DNA from: Eledone cirrhosa
Taxonomy: Eukaryota
DNA length: 64,000 nt
Direction: 5' to 3'
Assembly (NCBI GenBank): GCA_964016885.1
Contig: OZ024750.1
Location: 34,410,001 to 34,474,000 of the forward strand
Shown: piece by piece, positions 49,440-62,706 of the stretch
Numbering within the stretch: the stretch's first letter is position 1
How the letters are laid out: each line of letters begins with the position of its first letter
The notes under the pieces: model-generated
The model's input: only the letters and a program-made list of their open reading frames with translations
Database searches by the model: none
Told to the model about the DNA's origin: nothing
Position numbers and translations under genes: made by a program

Positions 49440-49920
49440 TGTATCATAGAACCAGAGATGTTTGGAACATAACTTAAAGGTTCTTACATAAAACAGTTTT
49501 ATATCTTTTATATCACAGAACCAGGGATGTTTGGCACATAGCTTAAAAAAGGTTCTTACATAAAACAGTTTTGTATCCTAGAACCAGGGATGTTTGGAAC
49601 ATAACTTAACAAAGGTTATTACATAGAAGCAGGGATTTTGGAACATAGCTTAACAAAGGTTATTACATAGAAGCGGGGATTTTGGAACATAGCTTAACAA
49701 AGATTATTACATAGAAGCAAGGATTTTGGAACATAGCTTAACAAAGGTTATTACATAGAAGCAGGGATATTTGGAACATAGCTTAACAAAGGTTATTATA
49801 GAAAACAGTTTTGTATCCTAGAATCAGGGATGTTTGGAACATAGCTTAACAAAGGTTATTACATAGAAGCAGGGATATTTGGAACATAGCTTAATAAAGG
49901 TTATTATAGAAAGCAGGGAT
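49440..49920. repeat. About 44-bp tandem repeat derived from MITE B interior
   Basis: ACATAGAAGC at 49621, 49665 and onward; units of 44 to about 66 bp. Confidence 0.85.
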
Positions 49921-49986
49921 GGTTTCAGTTAGTTTGGTATCAAAAGGGTTAAACAAAAGTTTTATTGTAACCATTGACATTACCAA

Positions 49987-50295
49987 ATAATTGTTTCTAC
50001 TTTTGGCACAAGGCCAGCAATTACCCCAGTGTATTACTGGTACTTTATTTTATCATCCCGTAAGGATGAAAGGCAAAGTCAACCTCGGCGGGATTTGAAC
50101 TCAGATCGTAAAGGGACATAACTATGCTGGAAAGTATGGCGTCCGACCCTCTACCGATACTGCCAATCCACCACACTATGTAAGAAATAATAAAAACAAA
50201 TTACATTATGATGGTTCCTTAAAAGAATTTGAACTCAGACCGTAAAGGGCCGTAACTCTATGCTGCAAATCATGGCGTCCAACCTTCTACCGATA
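49987..50295 (-). mobile_element. Family A SINE plus a head fragment
   Basis: Full copy at about 49987-50173, head fragment at about 50225-50295. Confidence 0.8.
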
Positions 50296-51069
50296 ATAGC
50301 CATGTCTTGTATAAAAAGAAGCACCTATAGACACAATCTGTCTCATTATTTCTTAGCTTGTTTCCTGCCAGACCACTTTATTGTGGCATTTATTGACAAA
50401 TGTTAACATTACCATTTTATTAACTCTCTTGTGCTTCTTCACTTAGTATTTTCTTATATTCCTTACATTGAAATATTTGTTGTTGCTTCCAGTTGTACTT
50501 CAAACATGTTCTTTATACAAGCTTCACCCACTTGCAAGCTAATACTTCACATCAAACATGTCCTTTATACAAGCTGACACTTCACATCAAACATGTCCTT
50601 TATACAAGTTGACACTTCACATCAAACATGTACTATAAGCAGTGATTTTGGAAATAGCTCCCAATGAAAATATACCAATCAAGTCTGCTTTAACAACACC
50701 AAAACTACATATTCAGGGGTGTGTCAGAACATTCTAGATGGACACGTTAATACTCTGGGGAATTTTTTACCAGCTTCTTTGGCTAGGTTTTTTTAAAACT
50801 TATTTTTGTTCTTTTTGTTTTACAAAGTAAAGTTAGTAATGTCTACACTTCAAGAAACTTATTTCAAGATGTTTAAGAAGATGTAGTTTGCTTGAAGCAA
50901 TGTGTTATGAGTAGAAAATAATGTTTTGTTAAAATTGGATGGTAAATGTTAAAAATATGATAACAAATTTAAATTTAAATATTCAGAATCAAAATGTTAT
51001 AAAGTTTCATATATTTTAAATTTAGGTTGATAATTTTATTTGAATATTTTGTGTCCTTGACTGTTAGAT

Positions 51070-51880
51070 AAGTTACCTGCAATTCTATATTTGTTCCAGC
51101 CAGGGCCATCTTAACAGCATTATAGGCCCCAGGGGGCAAAGCAGAGCACTGGGGCCCCTACCTACACAACCACTCACAGGAATAAAAATACAAATGGGCC
51201 CCCTATCCTTGTGGGGACCCGGGCAACAGCCCAGCGTGCCGCCGGCCCCCTATCCTTGTGGGGACCCGGGCAACAGCCCAGCGTGCCCCGGGCCCCCTAT
51301 CCTCGCGGGGACCCGGGCAACAGCCCAGCGTGCCCCGGGCCCCCTATCCTCGCGGGGACCCGGGCAACAGCCCAGCGTGCCCCGGGCCCCCTATCCTCGT
51401 GGGGACCCGGGCAACAGCCTGGCGTTCCCATGCATTAAGACAGCCCTGGTGCCAGCCCTTACCTATGGTCATGAATCTTGGGTTAATGACTGAAAGAATA
51501 TGAATGCAAATACAAGCGGCCAAAGTGAGATTCCTCCAAAGGGTCTTTGGAATAACAATACTCAGTAGAATGCTTAGCTCAGAGAGTCACTCTAGGTGGA
51601 GCCACTACTTCTCCAAATTGAGAGATTCTATGGGCATAAGGTTAGAATGTTTCAGGACAGATTTTACAGGCAAAAACCAACTTGCAGAAGACCCAAGGGT
51701 AGACCCCCCCCCCCCCCAAGCAAGATGGTTGGATGACATCCATGAGCTTGGCTGGTCTTGTTGGGGGATCCAACCAGATTAATTGGAGACGGTTGCTTCT
51801 GATAGGACCCACATGAAGGAGTGTTTGAGGACTCTGTACCTACGACCCTCTCAGGAATAAGTGGGCAAAGAAGAAGAAAT
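51070..51880 (+). pseudogene. Old RTE (Expander/Rex3-like) LINE 3' remnant, interrupted by a hAT MITE
   Basis: SIFVPA|LTYGHESW..TERI*MQIQAAKVRFLQRV...RWLDDIHELGW...LETVASDR, ending in (AAG)n. Confidence 0.75.
51101..51448. mobile_element. hAT MITE containing a GC-rich 47-bp tandem repeat (about 5 copies, 51197-51420)
   Basis: TIR CAGGGCCATCTTAA/TTAAGACAGCCCTG; TSD GT[T/G]CCAGC. Confidence 0.88.
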
Positions 51881-52029
51881 TAGTTTACACACCTCTCTTA
51901 ACCCATTCATGACCATATTTCTAATGAAATACAGTTTCAATTAATTAAAGAGGAATTTGGCAAGGTTACTAAATGTATTAATTATTTCACCATTAAGATA
52001 GCAACTTAACATATGGTTCTTATATGAAA

Positions 52030-52172
52030 TTATTGTTTCTACTTTTGGCACAAGGCCAGCAATTACCCAGTACATTACTGGTACTTATTTTATCGACCCC
52101 GTAAGAATGAAAGGCAACGTCAACCTCGGCGGGATTTGAACTCAGATTGTTAAGGGACATAACTATGCTGGA
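52030..52172 (-). mobile_element. Family A SINE, 5'-truncated
   Basis: Reverse-complement tail, core and B box. Confidence 0.8.
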
Positions 52173-52345
52173 AGATCGGAACATCGGCAGTCAGTCTGTC
52201 TGAGGAAGGAGCCCCGCGAGATGGGGCGGCTGTTGCAGTGGGTGTCACTGGCCATTGTCTGATGGAATGCTTCTGTGGTCTTGTCCATGGAATGCAGCCC
52301 CATTACCACCGCACCCTAGGCCCAGAGCCCAATCACCCTGTGACA
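52173..52345 (+). mobile_element. CRE-clade non-LTR retrotransposon 3' remnant
   Basis: Homologous to 55325-55475; LLQWVSLAIV*WNA matches the QRxSxAxxRGNA motif. Confidence 0.65.
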
Positions 52346-52864
52346 CTAGAGCCCTTGCCTTTACCTTTCTTTTCCATTTTTTAAAATATTTTCTTATTTT
52401 ACATTCCATTCTTTCTTCACAATGAACATTTTTTTTCTTTTCCTATTAAATTGTATTGTCACATTATTATTATTATCATTAAATCTTTTTGATTTGATTT
52501 ATAATTCTTTTTTTTGTTTAAACAATTCTTTTTAATGATATTTAGGGTGTGGGTGTTTGGTATTTTGTTTTTAGGTTTGGGAATGAATTGTCTCTAAATA
52601 CATTTATTTTAATTGGTGAGGTAATTAACGAGGGTCTGAAGAAATTTACATTCATTGCCAATTGTTCCATAGTATATCATCATCATCATTCAATGTCTCC
52701 TTTCTCTGTTAGCATGGGTTGGACAAGTTTTCACAGACTAAGTCAGTAGTGGAGTGGGACAACTGATCCCCCACCTCAGACAGGGTAGGGGATCTGCATT
52801 TTGTCATGGCCCCAGCACTAGAAAAGTTGCCATGTCTTTGACCCAACATGACAATATATATATG

Positions 52865-52973
52865 TGAGTCATGACCCAGACAGCTGAGTTCTTACCACCT
52901 CAACAGCTAGTTCCAGACAGTCTGGAACTTGCTGTTGAGGTGGCAAGAACTCAGCTGTCTGGGTCCTGACTCA
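52865..52973. repeat. 54-bp-arm inverted repeat with 1-nt spacer (probable Penelope-like foldback)
   Basis: TGAGTC...TTCCAGAC-A-GTCTGGAA...GACTCA, three mismatches. Confidence 0.88.
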
Positions 52974-53054
52974 TTCATATAACCATACTCTACTACCCCA
53001 AGTATTGAGTACTTTGGTGATTAATGGTCTAACCATTTTCTTACTGAATCTATC

Positions 53055-53118
<64 letters not shown>

Positions 53119-53793
53119 ATTTAATGTGTTTTCCTTGCTAGCAATGGTAATATCCAAACATCTTACACATATTGCGATATTTTTTTAATATTTTACATTA
53201 TGAGACATAAATTTAAAAAAAGGTTCCAAAAGTATTCTTAGATTACTTAAAATTTGAACACATTCAGTAGATTGTGAATTCATCTCAAGTTAAAAATTTT
53301 TCTGAAAACTAAAATATGTCTTTGAATATTAGGTAATATATTTTTTTAAATTCTACCCTTAGATCCAACTCTTGCATAGAGAACAACATTTTTTTCCTAA
53401 TGAATAATTCATGTATTCCCATTTACAATCAGTTTTCAATCCAAAATTACAACTGTGTCTTCATTTTTAGACTGCTAATTCTCAACACAAGGTTTTCTAC
53501 TTTTGGTCTCCGTTACGCTGTCTACACCTCTCCTCCTTCTCCTTCTTCTCCTCTATATTAGTAATCTTCTCACAGTTGCTGTTAACTCTACACATGATTG
53601 AAGATGATATTTTTCTTCACAATACCTTAACCTTTTTAAATACAGCATGATCAACGTATAACCCACCCAGAGATTTTATGCCTGACTTTCTCTGCTTTTA
53701 TAAAAAGATAACTAAGATGCAATAAAAATATTCTAACTTTCAATAATACTAAGAAATATACTTTAAAACGACATTACTGATATCTTTCCTCAA

Positions 53794-53984
53794 CCCTTTA
53801 GCATTTACTCTATAGTTACTATTGAATGTTAGCACTAAATATTCACATAATATCGAATCTGAGATTTTGATGATGTTATAATTTATTTTGAGAACAATAC
53901 CTTAACATCAGTATGAGCAGCCAGTTTGAACAGAAAGAGGTGAGGAAATTCTAGCTGGATACAGCCGGTTTAAATGCTAAAGGG
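53794..53984 (-). mobile_element. piggyBac-like MITE, family A
   Basis: TCAA|CCCTTTAGCATTTA...TAAATGCTAAAGGG|TTAA; interior is reverse to 14023-14241. Confidence 0.82.
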
Positions 53985-54554
53985 TTAAACGTATATATAT
54001 ATACATTTTGTTGTTTTTTATTTTGTTTACAATCTTCACTTTTGGTTGTTATTTCTAGTGTGAGGAGAGATCATATTGAAGGAAGTAGGAGAAAAGTTCA
54101 ATTTTTATATTTTAAACATGAACTGCCAAAACAATTATATCTCTGAAATTATTTTATCGTATCTTCAAGAAAGTTTTCTAGAAAATGGAGGACTTTGAAA
54201 ATAAATCTAAAGAAAATTCATATTTTTATATTGTTCGTGTTAAAAAAACACTTTTTGTGGAGACTAGATGTGGATAATAAATCATTTTTAGATTTTCCAA
54301 AATCTTATAATATAATAACAAAAATTTTATTTCTTCTATTTTAACAATAAACTGGTTGGTGTGGATGTTTTGAGAATATCTGTGAATAACAATTATAAAG
54401 AAGTACTATGTTTATCAAATACTTTAGCATATATATAGTATAATGTAGTACATACTATAACATGGTTTAATATATTGTAGTATAGAGTAGTAAATACTAT
54501 ACTATGGTTTATGTAGTGTATTGTAGTATCTTGTCTATAACTGCAATTGCTCAA

Positions 54555-54860
54555 AGATAGTTATGTAGGACATTGCTGGAAAAGCAAGCAGAAAGTTATA
54601 CACAAGTTACTTATTGTGGGAACCAACTCACAGGGGATGCAATAAAGATCTGCTTGAACCTTCACAATCAACTGTCAGATGATACAAACTTCAGTAGGGA
54701 GCAGTTGTCAGGAGCAATGAAAAATTGTGAATTGTGGAGAAGAGACTTTGTCAAGAATGTTTGACTATGGTTACAATGATGCTCTATTATCTATTGTGGG
54801 AAACAACTGATGGGAGGCTCAATAAAGGAAGACCTGTTTGTTACAACGATGATGATGATG
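54555..54860 (+). pseudogene. Old RTE-group LINE 3' remnant
   Basis: GHCWKSK..IHKLL/LWEPTH...QLSDDT..SREQLSGAMKNCELWR (frameshifted), with (TGA)n end. Confidence 0.65.
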
Positions 54861-54954
54861 ACTGTAACATGGTTTAGTGTATGTACATATAGTACCTAGT
54901 ATAAAATGGTTTAGTAGTATATATAGTAACTATTTATCTTAATTTTGTCAGGTT

Positions 54955-55125
54955 GGTCATGGGTTTAATCTTGTTGTTTGGCACCTCGGACAAGTCTCTT
55001 CCAATGAAACATTGAGTTGACCAATGCCCTGTGAGTGAAATTTGATAGATCAGAAACTGTACAGAAGCCCATTGCATGTGTGTGTGTATGTGTTCATGTG
55101 AATGTATTTGTGTGTGTGTTTCTGT
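54955..55125 (+). mobile_element. Degenerate SINE of a further family
   Basis: GGCACCTCGGACAAGTCTCTT...GACCAATGCCCTGTGAGTG...AGAAGCCC followed by (TG)n; resembles an abundant octopus SINE as I recall it. Confidence 0.5.
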
Positions 55126-55161
55126 TTGACACCAACTGTTAAAAAGTTTTGGGTTTTTTTG

Positions 55162-55480
55162 TGACACATTTTCCATCTCCAACTTAGTCGCTTCAGCCAC
55201 AAACCCCAATGCAGAGTACAGGAAGAAAAGCAAATACTGGGGCTTCTCCAGCTGCTTCCACTTTGCACCAGTCATCGTCAAGGCTTCAGGCAACCTTGGA
55301 CCCTGTACTGCTAAACTGTTCCGCAAGATCGGAACATCAGCAGCCCGTCTGAGGAAGGAGCTCTGTGAGGTGGGGTGACTGATGCAGCGAGTATCCCTGG
55401 CCATTGTCTGCAGAAATGCCTTTGCAGTTTTGTCTGCATGGTGCAGCCCAACTACCACCCTGCCCTAGCTCCAGAGTTAA
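55162..55480 (+). pseudogene. CRE-clade retrotransposon restriction-like endonuclease C-terminus
   Basis: DTFS.SNL..SA...AEYRKKSKY...FHFAPVIVKASGNLGP..AKLFRKIG...LMQRVSLAIVCRNA. A third degenerate copy lies at about 56215-56345 (-). Confidence 0.75.
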
Positions 55481-56451
55481 TCATCCTCTCCTCTTGCCCT
55501 CCCTTTTTTCTGTGGCTCAAGAGTCTTTGTTTTTTCCCTCCTTTTTCTCTCAGTTATGGCATTTATAGTCCTTTCCTCTACTTTCCCATACAGCCAGATC
55601 TGCCTTACTTTACCCCATCCACCCTTTTCTCATTACTTAATTTTGTTTTTATGTTTCTTTTTATATTTCCTTCATTGTATAACTTCTTTTTTTATTTGTA
55701 ATGTTACTTATATAATAATAAAATATAATATAAAATGTAAGTTAACTCACCAACTAAAATATTGATTGATAGAATCAATACCTGATTGGGGTTAATATAA
55801 TCAATGAAAGCATTTTAAAGTAGTTCTCCACCTTGGACACTGTTTTATTGGAAATGGTTAAAGAAGGGTAGACTAAGAAGTATAAAAAAAAATTTAAATA
55901 TAGAAAATTATTTGAAAGGAAACAAGGTAAATAACTGGAATGATAGATAGAAATAATACTTTAATATTTCTATTATAAGTATTAACTATTGATAGATAAA
56001 ATATATTGGTAAATAAAACCTATTGATTTGAAGAACGTTGCTTGGAACTGGTAATATTTAGAGCCATAAGATAACATTGTAAAGTTAGAAAAAATAATGT
56101 TATTTAAATGACCCCCCCCCCCCCCCTCCCCCCAAGAGGAAAAGGAAAGAGAATGAAGCAAGAAAGGAGAGAGGGAGGGAGAGAGAGATTCTACACTCCA
56201 GAGTCTGAGTGGTGATTCAGTCATGCAGACAGACTGGCAAAGGCATTGTCACAGAAAATGTCCAGCAACACCTACTGCAACAGCCACCCCCACATCATGG
56301 GGCTCTTTCCTCAGCTGGGCTGCTGTCTTTCAGATTTTATGTAGAGACCAAGGACAGCAGAGGTGACTGGGAAATGTTTTAATTATTAGAAGAGAAATGC
56401 TTTTAAGGAACCATCATAATGTAATTTGTTTTTATTATTTCTTACATAGTG

Positions 56452-56862
56452 GGTGGATTGGCAGTATCGGTAGAGGGTCGGATGCCATGCTTTCCAGCAT
56501 AGTTACGTCCCTTTATGATCTGAGTTCAAATCCCGCTGAGGTTGACTTTGCCTTTCATCCTTACGGGGTCGATAAAATAAAGTACCAGTAATGCACTGGG
56601 TAATTGCTGGCCTTGTGCCTAAAGTAGAAACAATTATTTCTTACATAGTGTGGTGGATTGGCAGTATCAGTAGAACGTCGAACAATATGCTTCACAGCAT
56701 AGAGTTACGGCCCTTTTCGTTCTGAGTCCAAATATCGCTGATGTTAGCTTTGCCTTTCATCCTTACAGGGCTGATAAAATAAACTACCAGTAATGCACTG
56801 GGGTTGTTTTGACTTTCCACTCCCCCAAAATTGTTGGCCTTGTGCCTAAATCAGAAACTATT
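56452..56862 (+). mobile_element. Two tandem family A SINEs, the first with an 18-bp TSD
   Basis: ATTATTTCTTACATAGTG at 56434-56451 and 56633-56650. Confidence 0.88.
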
Positions 56863-58329
56863 ATATGTTGATTTAACCTTTTGGGCGCTCTAGGTGCATT
56901 ATGTCGCCAATAGAGTAATCTCCCCTTAATACATAAGGCAGTGTCAAGGGAAGCAATTCATAACAAAATTCAGTAAGCTAAAGGTTAATTGACTTTCCCC
57001 TTCCCTTACAATTGTGCCAAATATAGAAAGAATTATAATTCATTCAGGTGATTCCAGATCATCTGTGTTATATAGTTCTGTCACATTGCTTAACTGTATT
57101 ATCTGGAGTTGAGCTGTTTACTACTCTCACTCTCATCAAATTCACTATTTTAGATATCTTGAGGGTTCAGTGATGGCAGGTAATTTAACCAAATTGTTGA
57201 CTCTGTGAGAATCAAATATTTCATGTGGATATGGATTTGTTTGATAAGATATGTAAAAAAAAAAATGATGAAATTTGGTAATGTGGAGAGATAGAATTTT
57301 ATAATGTGTGAAAATATATTATTTGATAATGTGAAAAGATATTTGATAATGTGAAAAGATATTATTTGATACTGTGAGATATTATTATTTGATAATGAGT
57401 AAAAAGATATTTGATAATGTGAAAAGACTATAAATCTATAGGTAAAAGTTTTTCTACAGATAGTCTATATGCTTCCATAAATCAAATTCTATACAGATCT
57501 CTCACAAGTATGTCAAACACTTCTTATGGTTTTCTATGACAACATATACCTGCTTACACTGTCAAGCTTAATATATAAATATTTTTATTTGTCAGCATTA
57601 ATCTTTACATTCAGAATCAATCTTCAATAAAAACATTTTCCTAGATTTTGTCTTGGCATATGGAAATTTTATTCTCAGAACTATAACAATTAATGTTTAT
57701 TTAGAAAGGAAATTTATGTTTAGAAATGTCCTCTGTTAATAAAATACTATGCTGGTGTCATGATAAAAATGCACCCAGTACATTCTGTAAAGTAGCTGGT
57801 GTTAGGAAGGGCTTTCAGCCATAGAAACCATGTCAAAATAGTTCAGAGGAGTTTCCAGTTATGACACAACAAGCTCTCTAGTGCTGGTGCCACACCAAAA
57901 TATTAGAAGCAAGCAACTATACTTCCACTAAATTGATTTCTTCAAAGTAAAGACATTCTTCAGCTCTTCTATGACACTAACCCTATTATTGGTTCTGTTA
58001 TAAGATAATGGTGCCATAACTAAAAGAGACATTATGGCATACATCAACAGATTTTGCAAACTTTATTAAGAATAACCACCTTATTAGCAACTGGTAACCA
58101 TTGCTGTAATAGTTATCTTAAAATTTTCTCAATCATTATCACCTCCACCACTATCATCATCACTATCACATCATCATCACCATCATTATTATCATCACCG
58201 GGCGGGATTGGCAGTATCGACGCATAGTTACTGCCCTTGCCATTCTGAGTTGAAATCCCGCCGAGGTTAACTTTGCCTTTCATCCTTAACACTGGGATAA
58301 TTGTTGGCCTTGTGCCAAAAGTAGAGACA

Positions 58330-58560
58330 ATCATTATCATCAGCAACATCATCATTTTTACGTCCATTTTTTCCACATTTGCATGGGTTAGACTGGTTCT
58401 TCTCAGCACAGCATCTCTCCACTTGCCATGTTTCTTCATCATCTCCTCTGTGAGTCTCAGTGACTTAAGGTCAGCTCTCACCATCTCTGCCCAGGTCTTT
58501 CTTGGTCTACCTCTACTACAGCTTCTTTCTACTAATGTTTGTCTCAATTTCATTCCCATC
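58330..58560 (-). pseudogene. RTE LINE 3' remnant next to a family A SINE fragment (58200-58330, +)
   Basis: RGRPRKTWAEMVRADLKSLRLTEEM...WRDAVL, then the CCCATGC...GGACGTAAAA terminus and (TGA)n. Confidence 0.8.
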
Positions 58561-58685
58561 AAAATATATTGTAACACCTCTGAGGAACTCTAAGAGAAAT
58601 CTCTTTCCAATAAATCTACTATTTTTTCAAAATACACTTTTAATATTTTATTTGAGTACCATTGTGAGCAATACTATTAAGTTAA

Positions 58686-59279
58686 CTCTTCCTTACCATA
58701 TTTTGAATGACAGACACTGTCGAGGATTTTCAAATAATTTAAAAAATAATCAAGTATTTGGTGTAATAAAAGTAACCTTCTCATTATTAAAACTTTCATC
58801 AGGGCAGTGGATTGGCAGAATTGGTAGAGTGTCAGACAACATGCTTTGTGGGATATAGTTATGACATTTACGTTCTGAGTTCAAATCCCACTCAGGTTAG
58901 ATTTGCGATTCAGAGTCAATAAAATAAAACACCAGTAATGCACTGAGGTTGATTTAATCAACTTTCCCCTCCAATCAAAACATTGTTGGCTTTGTGCCTA
59001 AATCAGAAACCATTATTATATTTCAAATAAAAGACACTGCCTATGATTTTCAAATCATTTTGAAAATAATCAACAATTTGAAGAGATTTAGTGATATAAC
59101 TAACTTTCTTATTATTTGTCTGGTATTTGGAACATAACTTAATCAAGGCCCTTACATAAAATTATGATGGAATGCTTTTAGATAAATATGAATAGTTTTA
59201 AAAGAAAGTTTTTTTAATTTTATTTTATTTTTGGGGGCAGGAGCCTGAAGTAGATTTAGGCAGTTTGGAATTAAAAGGG
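58686..59279 (+). mobile_element. Family B MITE interrupted by a family A SINE (58802-59015)
   Basis: TTAA|CTCTT...AAAAGGG|TTAA, with a SINE head, core and tail inside. Confidence 0.7.
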
Positions 59280-59698
59280 TTAAACTTCTAAATCCAAGAA
59301 TCTACATCTCATGCTTTTCTTCCTTCCATTTTTTCTAGATTAATGACATATCGACACCAGTAAATTACTGGGTTTAATTCAGTTTAATTTATCTTTCTTC
59401 ATTGCGCTTCTAATAAAATGTTGAAAAAAAAAATGGCATGTATTTGAAAAAAAAATATATATATATTTGCTAAAATGTTTATTCTGTGTAAAATTAAATT
59501 ATCTTTATGAATTGAATCTAAAATCTATAAAAATTAAAGATTTTGAGATATTTTGTGAAATAATAAATAGCAAGCTGTTATTTCTCTGGTGTTGTATTGT
59601 ACTCTTATCAGTTAGATCTGAATAGCAAATTATATAGCAATAACTGGGACATAGTTGTAATATCTGATATATTTGCACTTTATTACTACTCAGCTACT

Positions 59699-59750
<52 letters not shown>

Positions 59751-61306
59751 TATATATATATACACACATGCGCGCTCACACACACACATATATATATATA
59801 TATATGCATGTGTGTGTATAAAACAGAATTCAATTAAAGCTAAAACTAAAAAAGAAAATTAAAAAAACCGAAAGAAATATGTCTAAAAATATGATAAAAG
59901 AAAGCATTAAATCTGAAGCTTTCCTACGTCTTACAGTAATACTATTTCTAAAGAGTATACTGCCTTTGTTATTCCATAACTCTCTATGTAAGCCTGACCT
60001 CAAATTATGTTCACACCACAAGTCTGGCTGACTAAAAGGAAATTTGTTATTTAAATATTTACCACCTTTGCTATAGTTGCATATTACATTTTTTTTTGTT
60101 TGAGAATCATGTTACTTGAAGAATACCGTGAAAATGTTAATAAAATGTTGATGGGGGCTTTTTACTAGTTTTTCTTGTTAGTTTATTAACATCTCTAGAT
60201 TATTACATCATAAAAAGGATTCAGGGCAGATTTCTTTATCTACTAGTTTTTGTGGGTTTAGGTTTGGGTGTTTTTCTTCCTCCCTTTATCAAAAAATATT
60301 TCTTTTCACAAAACTAAATTCAGAATATAAATATAAATTTGTATCAAATGTATTAAAAATTATATATTTCTATTTTAATATTGTCACACAAAATGTGTTA
60401 TTTTTTGTTGTATTTTGTATTTTTTTTTTTGTTTTTTTCACTTTGAGAATATTTAGTAATAAGTTTATATATTATTAAAATGTAGAAGATATGAATTTGT
60501 CTGCTACTGTGATGACTGCTATGACCTTAACATTTATTAAATGAAATATTAAAGATAGTTGTTGTATTGGGATAATTTCACAACATTTTTCTGCTTTGCT
60601 CTGTATATAACATGGAATCTAATTATCGTTGTCGACATCACTGTCATCACTGTCATCACCACCATCACCGTCATCACCACCATCACCGTCATCACCGCCT
60701 TCACAGTCACCGCCATCTACCACTGAACAGCAACTAACTGCATCAGTGTACCAAATCTTTTTACTACCTCCTCTCCTTGCCTAGTCCCTGCCTGGCAATA
60801 GTTTCAAGGGCTTCTTGTTGTATGCATGCATATCTATGTGTGCAGCACTTAAACAGCTGCACAGCATATTTCTCATTTGTTGATGTTGTATGTGTATAAT
60901 TGTGCATCTTTGGTTCTATTCTTTCATTTTTGCCGCCTTACTTTTCTCCATTGCCAAGTTTAAAAAAAAACAACAAAGCAAGATCAAACTAACTAACAAG
61001 TATTTTTGGCCTGAGGAAGGTTGCCTTCATTTACTGTAAGTTAATAATAGTTTTGTTGAACAGAAAATGGAGATATTTTAGAATTCTCTTTATCCTCATC
61101 AGCCTCCCTACCCTGCCTGCTCATCAATTATCCTCAGTCTGTAATGTTGATTTTTCTGACACTATACAAATTATGATAACATTAATATATATATATATAT
61201 CATCATATATATAATCTTTAAACAAACTGAATATAATATTATATTATTATATTATTATATTATTATATAATTATTATTATAATACACTATAATATTATTA
61301 TTATAA

Positions 61307-61500
61307 TGGTGGTGAATAGGCAGTATCGGTAGAGGGTTGGAAGCCATGCTTTGATGCATAGAGTTACGGCCCTTGCCATTCTGAGTTCAAATCCCGCCAA
61401 GGTTAACTTTGCCTTTCATCCTTACGGGGTCGATAAAATAAAGTACCAGTAATGTACTGGGTAATTGCTGGCCTTGTGCCTAAAGTAGAAACAATTATTA
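61307..61500 (+). mobile_element. Family A SINE
   Basis: A and B boxes, core and (ATT)n tail. Confidence 0.87.
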
Positions 61501-61534
61501 TAATACACTCGCGAATACATACATATACATACAT

Positions 61535-61573
<39 letters not shown>

Positions 61574-61610
61574 AACCGAATATAATATTATTATTATAAT
61601 ACACTCACGA

Positions 61611-61664
<54 letters not shown>

Positions 61665-61723
61665 GAATATTATATCATAGACTCATAGGAGAGGATAATA
61701 TGTTTTGATTCTCCATCATAATT

Positions 61724-61761
<38 letters not shown>

Positions 61762-62365
61762 TAGAACCAGGGAAAACTAGAGTAGAGATATAGTGAAGCT
61801 AAAGTGTGGCTAGAGTGGTGCCTGAGTATAGCTAGTGGAATTAGAGTAGAGATAGCGGCGTGAGTCGAGTGGAACCAGAGGGGAGATAGTGTGGTTAGAA
61901 GAGAGATAGAATGAAGTTAGAGTGGAACCTAAATGTGACTTACTGAAGCCTGATTATATCTAGAGTGGAGTTAGAGTGGAACCTGAGTGAACCTAGAGTA
62001 TGGCTAGGTGGGAGTTAGTGTAGTGAGTGTAGCTGTAAGAATTAGATTCCCTTATTAACCTGACATCATTACACAGTGAGAAGTCGGTGGTCATGTGATA
62101 TTGATATAGAATAACATAAATATGTATGTGTGTCTATCAGTAGACGTGTGTGTGTATATATATGTATATTATATGTTTGTATGTATATAAGTGTGTATAT
62201 ATATATATGTATATTTATATTATATATGTATATGTGTGTATGTGTATGTATATATTTATATGTATATATATGTGTGTTTATATATGTATGTGTGTGTATA
62301 TATATGTGTATTATATATATATATATGTGTATTATATACATATGTATATATATATGTATATATAT

Positions 62366-62706
62366 GGAGGCACATGGCTTAGTGGTTAGAGCATTGGCCT
62401 TGCAATCGAAAGGTTGTGAGTTCAATTCTCAGACCGGGTAATGTGTTGTGTCCTTGAGCAAGACACTTTATTTCACATTGCTCCAGTTAACTCAGCTGTA
62501 GAAATGAGATGATAGGACTGGGGTCCCTATCATTCCACTGCAAAGTGGTCATGGAGGTGCCACGGCAAAAAAGCACCCAGCACTCACTGTAAATGAGGTT
62601 GGTGTTAGGAAGGGCATCCAGCTGTAGAAATCAAGTCAGAATCAGTTCCCGTCCCACCCTTGCAAGCAGGGAAAAGCGGACATAAAATGATGATGATGAT
62701 GATGAT
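62366..62706 (+). mobile_element. CORE-like SINE with RTE-type tail, full length, inside (TA/TG)n
   Basis: Nearly identical to 45676-46010, with (TGA)n tail. Confidence 0.88.

Larger units (their letters stand above)
46536..49948 (+). mobile_element. Family B MITE sequence(s) hosting a hAT MITE, LINE copy 2 and a 44-bp tandem array
   Basis: Starts TAAA|CCCTTTCATTACC and ends GGTATCAAAAGGG|TTAA; internal homology to 58686-59279. Confidence 0.65.
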
